Below are positions 1 to 9,810 of a stretch of 64,000 nucleotides of DNA, one piece after another. The notes beneath the pieces are model-generated. The model had not been told where the DNA came from. It did no database searches and was given only the letters and a program-made list of their open reading frames with translations. This DNA is from Mobula hypostoma (Eukaryota), in NCBI RefSeq assembly GCF_963921235.1, contig NC_086107.1, positions 104,100,001 through 104,164,000 on the forward strand, written 5' to 3'. Position 1 is the stretch's first letter. Each line of letters starts with the position of its first letter. The translations under genes were made by a program, and so were the position numbers.

Positions 1-153
1 CGGGAAAGACTCCGTGCTTCCAATAACAATGACTTCGAGTGTGGAGCCCAAGAGCAGACAAGAAGACAATGAAACTACACAGGACAAAGAAAAAATAGTG
101 CAGTATCTTGGGGAAGTGCAGAGATGTTTAGACAACGACCCTGAATTAAATCA
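1..153 (+). CDS. BAX-like BCL-2 family gene, BH3-region exon (5' part of gene lies outside the window)
   Basis: Open frame from nt 2: GKDSVLPITMTSSVEPKSRQEDNETTQDKEKIVQYLGEVQRCLDNDPELN-CA, then donor gtaagt at 154 (phase 2). KIVQYLGEVQRCLDNDPELNQ aligns by eye with BAX KKLSECLKRIGDELDSNMELQR, whose exon also ends in phase 2. Confidence 0.8.
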
Positions 154-344
154 GTAAGTTAACGAACATCGATAGTACAAAGTCTTGGCCATTCTTTAGT
201 TTTTGTTTCCTTTTGAACTTCCTTCAGTGAGATCTCACCCAGTGGTGTGTGCCTGCATCCCAGGGGAAGATTTCTGGGTAGGTTAATGGCGAGGAACAAA
301 GGAAATTCCCAACTGAGATCTGAGAGGTTTGATGAGATTTGGCT

Positions 345-920
345 TGTCACCTAAAACACTCAAAAACTTCTATAGATGTACTGTGGAGAGCATTCTGACA
401 GGCTGCATCACTCTCTGGTATGGGGGGGGGGTGGGCACCTACTGCACAGGACCGAAAGAAGCTACAGAAAGTTACAAAATTAGTCAGCTCCCTCTCAGAT
501 ACTAGCCTCCATAGCATCCAAGACATCTTCAAGGAGTGATGCCTGAGAAAGGTAGCGTCCACTTAAGGGCCACAGGACATGCCTCTCATTGTTATCGTCA
601 GGAAGGAGGTACAGAAGCCTGAAGGCACACACTCAGCAATTCAGAAACTGCCTATTCCCCTCTGCCGTCCGATTCCTAAATGGAGATTGAACCTATGAAC
701 GCTACCTCATTTAAAAATATTATTTTGCACTCTTTTTAGTTTAACTATTTATTATACATATATATTTATTTATATCTGCATTTGCACAGGTTGTTGTCTT
801 CTGCACCTTGGTTGATCTTGTTATAGTTACTATTCTATAGATTTGCTGAGTGTGCCTGCAGGAATTTGGATCTCAGCGTTGTATGTGGTGACTTTGATAA
901 TAAATTTATTTGAACTTTGA
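345..920 (+). mobile_element. Rex1/Babar-like LINE 3' fragment
   Basis: Degenerate FYRCTVESILTGCIT-WYG ... SGRRYRSLKAHTQ coding, with a ttgaac-type 3' tail. Confidence 0.75.
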
Positions 921-1040
921 ACAAGGAACCTCCAACCAGACTGTGGAGTGGTTGCCCTGGACGTGTCTGGTGCCAGATTAAAGAGCTGCCAATGCCGTCC
1001 TGAGGAATAGAGATCTCATGGTTTCTTTGTTATTCTGCAG

Positions 1041-1182
1041 AGCTTTAGATCCCCTCCTGAGGTGCAGCAGGCCCCTGGAAATTCTGCAGATCTTGATAAA
1101 GAACATATTTGGCAAAGCTACAGGCACCAGTGTCACCCCATTTGCCCTTTTCTTCTACCTGTCAAAAATGTTTTTGCCGAGG
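1041..1182 (+). CDS. BAX-like gene, BH1-region exon
   Basis: Acceptor tttgttattctgcag and donor gtgagt at 1183. 142 nt, phase 2 to 0, which completes CA|A = Gln with the previous exon. ALDPLLRCSRPLEILQILIKNIFGKATGTSVTPFALFFYLSKMFLPR aligns with BAX MIAAVDTDSPREVFFRVAADMFSDGNFNWGRVVALFYFASKLVLK. Confidence 0.85.
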
Positions 1183-1647
1183 GTGAGTACATATCATTAT
1201 ATCATCAACTCTGCCTTGCATTAGTGTGTGGATGTCATCCAAGATAGCGTCTTGGGAGCATCGGGAGGGTGGTTGGTTAACATAAAGAGAAACGTAGATC
1301 TAACTTTTGCTGTGTATTTTTTGATGCTGCCGTGCAGAGGCGGCTCTATCCAACTGATCGAATGTTTGGGGCGGTACAGGGAAACTAAAGAGAGCTTTAT
1401 CGTGTAGTTGGTCTGGTGGTAGACCAGACTCTGGAGCTGCTGTATAAACACCCAATCAAGTTCATTCAATTGTTATTCAATCATGCACATGTACACAGCT
1501 AAGTGAAAGTTGGCTCCTCGTGGCCAAGGTACAAAACACAGTTCATTCCCTGGTGCTGAAATCTAAGCTTAGAGTTAAGTAGAGCACCAAGCTTTAAAGA
1601 GTCCAATTCAGCCTGGGACCAGCTCAGCTGAGTGGAATACACTGGCT

Positions 1648-2150
1648 TTGGAGGTGATGCAGAGGAGGTTCACCAGCCTGATTCCAGAGATGAGGGGGTT
1701 TGACTATGAGAAGAGATTGAGTCGCCCGGGACTGTACTCACTGGAATTCAGAAGAATAAGAAGAGATGCTATAGAAATATATAAAATTATGAAAGGGGTA
1801 GATAAGGTAGAGGCAGGAAAGTTGTTTCCACTGGTAGGTGAGACTAGAACTAGGGGACATAGCCTCAAGATTCGGGGGAGTAGATTTAGGACGGAGATGA
1901 GGAGGAACTGCTTTTCCCAGAGGGTGGTGAATCTGTGGAATTCTCTGCCCAATGAAGCCGTGGAGGCTGCCTCAGTAAATATATTTAAGACAAGGTTGGA
2001 TAGATTTTTGCATAGTAGGGGAATTGAGGGTTATGGGGAAAAGGCAGGTAGGTGGAGATGAGTCCATGGCCAGATCAGCCATGATCTTATTGAATGGCCT
2101 TGACGGGCCAGATGGCCGACTCCTGCTCCCATTTCCTATGTTCTTATGAG
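1648..2150 (+). mobile_element. CR1 LINE 3' fragment
   Basis: CR1 ORF2 C-terminus (LYSLEFRR...RTRGHSLK...FSQRVVNLWNSLP) plus 3' UTR; near-identical to 53260-53575. Confidence 0.9.
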
Positions 2151-2409
2151 TCTTGAATAGTAAAGGAATGTACATAGTTAGTACTGGGGACAAACGGAGT
2201 GGCTTTGGTCTTCCCAGTGTCGGAGAAAATTGTGGCACACGGTTGTTGGACAAGTAATCTGACTAAAGGGGGAACAAAGAATGCACAGTAAATGACAGGA
2301 CCCGAGCAGCATCGATGTACGGAGGGATCTTGGGTTGCAAGTTCACACCTCCCTGAAACTACCAACACATGTTGTCAAGGTGGTAAAGAAGGCCAACAGC
2401 ATTCTTAGC

Positions 2410-3105
2410 AACACACACACAAAATACTGGAGCATTCAGCAGGTCAGGCAGCACCTGTGGAAGTGAATAAACAGTCAACGCTTCAGGCCGAGGCCTTCTC
2501 CAGGACTGAAACGGAAGGGGGTGGGGGGACACCAGAATAAAAAGGTGAGGAGGAGGGGGAGGAGGCTAGCTAGAAGGTGATAGGTGAAACCAGGAGTGTG
2601 GGGAAGACAATGGTCTGGAGAAGAAGGAATCAGTAGGAGAGGAGTGTGAGCCATAGAAAAGGTAAAAGGCCAGAGTGGGGAGTAGAAGAGGAAGGGAGTG
2701 GGAGGGGAAAATATTACCAGAAAGTTGAAATCGAGGGAGGGAAATCCCGTGCTTTGAAAAAGGAAGACATCTCTGATGTCCGGGAAGCAGGAACGGCAGA
2801 GGCAAAGGAACGGAGAAAAGCTAATAGCATTTTTACGAGAGACCGGGTGAGAAGATAACCGTGGGAATTGGTAGGTTTATAAAAGATGTCGGTTGACAGT
2901 TTGTCTCCTAAGATGGAGACCGAGAGCACCTATGGAAGTCAATAAACAGGTGACGGTTTGGAACCTGAAGAAGGGTCTTGCCTGAAATGTTGAGTTTATT
3001 TGTTTCCATAGATGCTGTCCGACCTGCTGAGTTCCTCCAATAGTATGCGTGTGTGTGTTCCATGTTGCTTTGCATTTCCAGCATCTGCAGACCTCCTTGT
3101 CTTAG
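2410..3105. mobile_element. Degenerate Penelope-like element fragment with inverted ends
   Basis: Minus-strand LSTDIFYKPTNSHGYL...SSFFKARDFP RT remnant, flanked by gaactcagcaggtc / gacctgctgagttc terminal sequence. Confidence 0.7.
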
Positions 3106-3357
3106 TCAGTTGAGAATAAGTGTTGGGAAATCTTGTTACTGCTTTATAAAATCTTGATTACTCTGCTTTCGGAGGGGAGAGACATTGAGGAAGGAGAGAG
3201 ACCCAGTGTTTCACAAGGAGGGCAGCACCTGTAGCTTTGGTTAAATCCCCTTCAGTGTATCAACAAGCTATGAATTTAATTCTGGAGATCGAAGCAAGGA
3301 GCAACAATACTGTGCGCAGCAAAACTAATGGGTCTACTTCTGTGTTTTTTTTTTAAG

Positions 3358-3453
3358 ATTTTGGAAACGGACTCGTGGGCTGTTTTATTGAAGTGGTTGG
3401 ATGTGATGATTAGAGACGTGGTGGTTCCATGGATCTCTAGGATGGGTGGCTGG
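3358..3453 (+). CDS. BAX-like gene, BH2 exon
   Basis: Branch-like ctaat, poly-T tract and aag acceptor; donor gtgagt at 3454; 96 nt, phase 0-0. ILETDSWAVLLKWLDVMIRDVVVPWISRMGGW ends in the canonical BH2 WIxxxGGW exactly at the exon end, as in BAX. Confidence 0.9.
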
Positions 3454-3604
3454 GTGAGTAACTGTAGTGGTTGCTTGGCTGGTGGTCAGATGTGAACTTG
3501 CTAGATCGGCAAACACTTGAGGTGTATTCCAAAACTGTGGATATTATTTAATGGTTTGGTGTCTCAAAGCAGAGATACCCTCCTCCTCTCCTAATAGTGC
3601 AACC

Positions 3605-4720
3605 ATTGCAAGGGATATGGTCCCACGGGCACTGCCCCTTGCAAGGATGTGGTCCCACTGGCACTGCCCCTTGCAGGGATATGGTCCCACTGGCACTGCC
3701 CCTTGCAGGGATATGGTCCCACTGGCACTGCCCCTTGCAGGGATGTGGTCCCACAGGCACTGCCCCTTGAAAGGATACGGTCCCACTGGCACTGCCCCTT
3801 GCAAGGATATGGTCCCACTGGCACTGCCCCTTGCAGGGATATGGTCCCACAGGCACTGCCCCTTGCAGGGATATGGTCCCACTGGCACTGCCCCTTGCAA
3901 GGATACGGTGCCACTGGCACTGCCCCTTGCAGGGATATGGTCCCACTGGCACTGCCCCTTGCAGGGATGTGGTCCCACAGGCACTGCCCCTTGCAGGGAT
4001 ATGGTCCCGCTGGCACTGCCCCCTGCAGGGATACGGTTCCACTGGCACTGCCCCTTGCAGGGATGTGGTCCCGCTGGCACTGCCCCTTGCAGGGCTGTGG
4101 TCCCACTGGCACTGCCCCTTGCAGGGATATGGTCCCACTGGCACTGCCCCTTGCAGGGATACGGTCCCACCGGCACTGCCCCTTGAAGGGATATGGTCCC
4201 ACTGGCACTGCCCCCTGCAAGGATACGGTCCCGCTGGCACTGCCCCTTGCAGGGATATAGTCCCACTGGCACTGCCCCTTGCAGGGATGTGGTCCCGCTG
4301 GCACTGCCCCTTGCAGGGATAGGGTCCCACTGGCACTGCCCCTTGCAAGGATGTGGTCCCACTGGCACTGCCCCTTGCAGGGATGTGGTCCCACAGGCAC
4401 TGCCCCTTGCAGGGATGTGGTCCCACTGGCACTGCCCCTTGCAGGGATGTGGTCCCGCTGGCACTGCCCCTTGCAGGGATGTGGTCCCGCTGGCGCTGCC
4501 CCTTGCAGGGATGTGGTCCCGCTGGCACTGCCCCTTGCAGGGATGCGGTCCCACTGGCGCCGCCCCTTGCAGGGATACGGTTCCACTGGCACTGCCCCTT
4601 GCAGGGATGTGGTCCGGCTGGCACTGCCCCTTGCTGGGATGTGGTCCCATGGGCACTGCCCCTTGCAGGGATGTGGTCCCACTGGCACTGCCCCTTGCAG
4701 GGATGTGGTCCCACGGGCAC
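3605..4720. repeat. 32-bp minisatellite, about 35 copies, in the last intron of the BAX-like gene
   Basis: Unit about CCACTGGCACTGCCCCTTGCAGGGATATGGTC; gcactgcccc recurs at 3661, 3693, 3725 and onward (period 32). Confidence 0.97.
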
Positions 4721-5180
4721 TCAAGATTTCCAGCACCTGCAGAACCCCTTGTCTGTGTGTGTGTTTACTTATAGTTGAGATCCAGTGCAGAATAGGCCCT
4801 TCCAGCCCTTTGACCCACGCCAGTCAGCGAACCTGATTTCGCCCTAGTGTAATCACGGGACAATTTACAATGACCAATTAATCTACTGAACACCGGGAGG
4901 AAACCCACGCATTCGACAGGAAGGACGTACAGATCCCTTACAGACGATGTTGGGATTGAACCCCAGACTCCCGATGCCCCGAGCTGTAATAGTGTCGCGC
5001 TAACCGTCACACGGCCGCGAGGCCATGCTGTGCCTTTGTTTGGACTCTGCGGTCTAAGCCATGTTGTTGTTGTTGGCCTGAGAGTATTTGATGGGTTTGG
5101 GTAAAGGGAGCTGTACTGTAGCTGCTGTGCAGTACAAGTCTCTGAGAGTTAACGTGTGACTTGTCTTTTACCGTTCACAG

Positions 5181-5282
5181 GGCGTTGTACTTGCTCTTCT
5201 TGGCTCTCTCATAGCTGGTGGTCTGCTGGTGGGATTCACAATTAAACTTTTGAAGTCACAGAAACAAAACCAGAGCCTTTGA
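5181..5282 (+). CDS. BAX-like gene, terminal exon with C-terminal transmembrane anchor
   Basis: Acceptor tcttttaccgttcacag, phase 0. GVVLALLGSLIAGGLLVGFTIKLLKSQKQNQSL* is a hydrophobic helix followed by basic residues, typical of a tail anchor. Confidence 0.85.
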   Translation, partial: GVVLALLGSLIAGGLLVGFTIKLLKSQKQNQSL

Positions 5283-5999
5283 TGCCTGATGCCCAGGTCA
5301 ACTTCCAAACTGCAGAAATTACGTTCAAGGAAAGCTTCATGTACCCGAAAATCAGGAAGGGTTCTCAATTTAATCTTCTTTTTAACGGACCACAGAGTTT
5401 TTTAGACCTTTTCACGTCTGCTGGTCAGAATGATTTTTTTTTGCCTGTGAGGAAGTTGTCAGTAAAAGTGATGGGCCGCAGCTGGTACACAGGGTGGGCA
5501 TGGGAGGAGGGGAAAGGCTGGCACAGAATGAGCAGTGGGACGTGGAGGGGGTTGGCGGGTTGAGGAGTGGGTGAGGGGATGATGAGGAGCGAGAGCAGGA
5601 GAGTGGCTCCTGCCCTGACCCTATACCCAGTCTAATTCTCGGCCTTAACTCCATCTTCCTGCCTTGATCTTGGTGCAGGGTTTCAATCCAAAGCTCTGAG
5701 AATTCCTTTCCTCCCACAGATACTGCTCAACCTGTTGATTTCTTCCGGCACATTTTGTTGCCGCTGGTTGCTCAGTCCTTTCTCATGACACTGTCCCATC
5801 CTGCCAGGAATCACCGCAGAGAACCTTCTCTGCGCCACTTCCAAGAAACATATCCTTCCCTAAATTCAGAGACTAAAACTAACAATTCTGCAAGTTCAGT
5901 CTCACTACAATGGTAACAATCTTCTGCTACTTTACCCAGTAAGGCCTAGCGTTCCACTGGCCCTGACAATTACTTGCATCCACTTACTCCGCCCCATCC

Positions 6000-6365
6000 C
6001 ACCATCCTATTCTGGTTTCTGCCCCTTTCCTTTCCAGTGTTGATAAAGGGTCTCAGCCCAAAACGTTAACTGTATATTTCCCTCCTCACATGCTGCCTGA
6101 CCTGCTGAGTTCCTCCAGCAACACTCACAACAAGCTGGAAGAACTCAGCAGGTCGGGTAGCAAAAAGATCGGTCAACGTTTCAGGCCGGAACCCTTCATC
6201 GACCGATCTTTTCCACGGATGCTGCCCGACCTGCTGAGTTCCTCCAGCTTGTTGTGAGTATTGCCTTGACCCCAGCATCTGCAGATTATTTTGTGTTTGA
6301 GTTCCTCCAGCGTTTTCTGTGCGCTGCTCAAGATTTTCCTGCATCTGCAGAATCTCTTGCACCTT
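6000..6365. mobile_element. PLE-derived non-autonomous element containing a nested fold-back copy (6120-6297)
   Basis: 14-bp direct repeat tgagttcctccagc at 6106-6119 and 6298-6311 flanks an internal inverted repeat. Confidence 0.75.
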
Positions 6366-7094
6366 TGAAATGCTGCATCTACATGCTAATTTCACTACTT
6401 CTTATACACAGGCATCCAGAACTCTCTAGGCACACATTTTACCAATCCCACACAGTTTAAGTGATATTAAGAGACTTATTTAATTTATCTATTGTATATC
6501 TTTTTGCAGAATATTTGTATTGGCATCGCTCCTTAGTTTGCCAACTATTTGGGTGTAATGTACACAGTCCCTTTCACTAAGCCACTAAGATGAATTGCCA
6601 TTGCCTTCTGGGGAGTGTCTTTACAAGACAGGTGACTCCAGCCATTATCAATAGTGTTCAGAGATTGTCTGCCTGGCATCAGTGCTTGACTTAACAGGAC
6701 TTGTTGTGATCTGCACCGGCTGCTCATACGACCATCCACCACCTGCTCCCATGGCTTTACATGACCCTGATTGGGACTCTAATGTGCCTTGTGAAATTAG
6801 GTCACAATATACAGTCGATAAAGCAGTGACTGATAATTATAAAGACATTAATTCCTTGTTAAAATATGTGTATCATTGCGGGATAAAGACTCCACAGGTA
6901 CATGGCTCTATCAATCTTTAACTAAAACAGTTAATGAGGATTGTAAAAATATCTATTTTTATAATCCTTCTGTTTCCCCACAATCTTTAGCATTTTTTTT
7001 GCTGATTTCCACAATTCTCCCAGTGCTCAGTCCCATCACCATTCTTCGTAACATAGCAACACACATAAATGCTGGAGGACGTGGCCTCTGTACT

Positions 7095-7300
7095 ACATAC
7101 TTGGGGCCTTAGCCCCCAGTGGGGCGTAGACCTTTGATGTCCTCCCGTTTTCAAAGTCCTGTGAAGTCGATGGTACGGTTGGAGTCCATCAAGGCTTCTG
7201 TAACCCATTGCAACCATTGTGCAGGGGGCTGGCCTGTACATCTCCAGCAGAGCCCTGTCGGCTGGCCTCGCTCGTTTCCACCTCTCACGGCGGGGGTGTA
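7095..7300 (-). mobile_element. Degenerate RTE-like LINE 3' end
   Basis: Minus-strand RWKRARPA (RGRP-like) remnant and a tacgccccactgggggctaaggccccaagta 3' end typical of RTE-type elements. Confidence 0.5.
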
Positions 7301-8194
7301 GGGGTGGACTTTGAGAGGCACACAGCATCTCTGGAGGGGAATAAACTGTCCACGTCATACCATGGTGTCTGTTTTCCGCAATCTAATACCACCCTAAACT
7401 GAGAATAGCAACAGTGGGATGATTGGATTGATGGAATTGCGGTGAGAGCTGGCACAGATTCAATAATTGGAACGGGTTCCTTCTGTGTCACAAGGAATTA
7501 CAGGAAAATAACTATTCTAGTTAATCATTGACAGATCCACTTCCCTGTGGGATTTTATTCCCCCTCAGTGGTATGCCATTTTCGAGAATAATAAAATCTT
7601 TATTTAACTCTTCACAGCTAAGAAATTCCCCTTACAGAAGTAATTGCAACATCTTCGCACTTCTCTGCACTCTGCAACACTAAAGCTAATTCTGGCCATT
7701 AGCTGGCTTCCATTTGTTGATCCTTATCTCCTCTTGAGCAAGTTCTGCTTCCGAAACCAGAATCACTTGCCACTGCCTTCCTAACGTCATCCTTTCTAAT
7801 CTAGCATTTGATTTTAATCAAGGCGTTGCACCTTTCCAATCTGGATATCCTCCTGAAACAATCCCCAGAGTGTTTGGTTTCCAGCTGTGGTCACCTTCCT
7901 GCTGCCTCTCTATCTCTTAGTGCTCTTCTATCTCTGCTTGCACAGTCAATTCTCCTGTCTTGTAATGAATGTACATAGAACATTGTACAGGACAAACCCT
8001 TCTGCCCAGGATGTTGTGCCTACCTTTTAACCTACTCTAAGATCAATACAACCCTTCCTTTCCATATAACCTATCATCCATGTGCCTATCTAAGAGTTGA
8101 TTAAATGCACCTACAATATCTGCCTCTACCACCACCCCTGGCAGTGCGTTCTACTCAAACCACCGCTCTGTGTAAGAAAATCTTGCCTCTGACA

Positions 8195-8345
8195 TGTAGC
8201 CAGCTGGTGGTGTAGAAGCGTCAGCACCAGACTACGAGGCGAGTGGTCCCGGGTTCGAATCTGGCCGGCACCTTGCACGCTTTCCATCGTGCGCTGGGTT
8301 GAGCGTCAAGCTAGCAACTCAGCCTCGTTAAAAATAACACAGACA
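8195..8345 (+). mobile_element. tRNA-derived SINE (related copies at about 38213-38340 and 42715-42860)
   Basis: A box tggtgtag and B box gggttcgaatc; shared body gggttgagcgtcgagctagcaac. Confidence 0.75.
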
Positions 8346-9419
8346 GAAATGATCAATGGCAAGGTTGCTGCCCAAGTGGCACAGGGCACGGAGCAGAATA
8401 GACTCCGACGTGCCCACCATATTTTTGTCCAATCACCTTAAAATTATGCCCCCGACCTCCACCCTGGGGAAGAAGGCCCTGGCTGTCCACTCAATTTATG
8501 CCTCTTATCACCTTTGTTCCAAATGACAAGCCTTAGCTTGCTCAACCTATCCTCATGAGGAGCTTTTCTTTATGACTTTTATCACTTAAGCTGTTTTGTG
8601 CCATAAAGTATCATCTCTAACCCTCCCTGCTTATCATTAACATTAATACTATACTGCACTGCCACCTTATTCTCCTGATTTCCCCCTTGCCTCAGTCCTT
8701 CCTTCCCATCTCATCGTTATTTAGTTTAAAACTCCGGGTATGAGTCTAGTTTTTCCACTTTGCTAGGACGTTGGTCACAGAATGATCAAAGTGAGCCTGA
8801 TCCCAATAGAACAGCTCCCTTTTTCCAGCATGGCTACCGATGACGCCCCAATTAAACAACAATTAGAATTAACATCACCCTCAGCAGTCTTTGAATCAGA
8901 ATCTAAATCTCTGACCTGTGTAACCCTACGCCAGCCTGCAAGTGGCTTGTTAATTTATCCTGTCCGTCAGCAAAACGTCTTTCTTAATCCTACCCAGTGA
9001 GGGCCTGCAGTTCTGCAATCGATTTCCTCGCTGCCTCTCTGTCCCCGTTCACACAAGAGCCTCATACCTGTTCAGTAAGTACACAGCACTCCTCCAACAC
9101 TCTCTACTGGGTCCTCATTCCAACCTGCCAAGTCCTCCTGCCCTTGACCACGGCCCAGCTCCAGTCTGCTACCTAATCCAGGGGAAGTGATTCGAAACTT
9201 TTCAGCTCCTGAATCATCATAAAACCCACGGCTCGGGTTCAACAATCCTGAGCCAAAGATGCAGACGCTCACCAGAATATCTTTATTGTCATTGCTGTGG
9301 AGCAATGAAACACAGTTTAGCAGCTCAACATTTTGTAGCATGACAAGGAATATATACATAAAATAAACTCTAAAACCTCAGGAGTGCAGTCCAAAATTAA
9401 TAATATATGGATGGGGGCG

Positions 9420-9810
9420 GGGGGTAGGACTATTGCACACCTGCCATTCCTGGAAGTGTGATGCATTTAGCTGCCGCCATCTTAGGAGGGGGGCAGGAGA
9501 AGGGAAGGGGGTGTTATACATTTCACTGCTTCTGGGTAGAAGCTGTTAAGGAGTCTCTTTGTTTTGGTCCTTAATGCTCTGTATCTCTTCCCAGAAGGTA
9601 GAGGGGAAAACAGGTGATGTCCAGGATGAGTGGGATCCTTTGAAATACAAGTAGCCTTCTTTTGAAGTCTGCCAGTATAAATGTCTCTGAGGGAGGGTAA
9701 TGTTGTGCCAATAACCCGCTCTGCTACCCTCACCACCCGCTGCAAGTCCTTCCTGTTCTGTTCTGTGCAGCTGGCAAACCACACTGCACAGCAATACGTA
9801 GGGAGGCTCT
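9420..9810 (-). mobile_element. Rex1/Babar-like LINE 3' fragment
   Basis: ORF 9482-9784: LQRVVRVAERVIG...DPTHPGHHLFSPLPSGKRYR. Confidence 0.8.

Noticed and set aside
1338..1388. Alternative next exon for the BAX-like gene (RRLYPTDRMFGAVQGN*)
   Set aside because: The exon at 3358-3453 has far better splice signals and carries BH2 in the correct phase.
3544..4836. Overlapping 140-390 aa Cys/His/Pro-rich ORFs on both strands; also superficially CRISPR-like
   Set aside because: These come from a 32-bp tandem repeat whose frames cycle through the same peptides. There are no unique spacers or cas genes, and it lies in a vertebrate intron.
8195..8275. tRNA-like A and B boxes (also about 12650, 13560, 38215)
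   Set aside because: These are SINE heads continuing into SINE bodies; no intact cloverleaf, so they are not called as tRNA genes.
8760..9250. Exon-like minus-strand segment and ORF 9072-9359
   Set aside because: It contains an LLNRYEAL remnant and gggagctgttctattgggat, typical of degenerate CR1 ORF1, with stops in the relevant frames.
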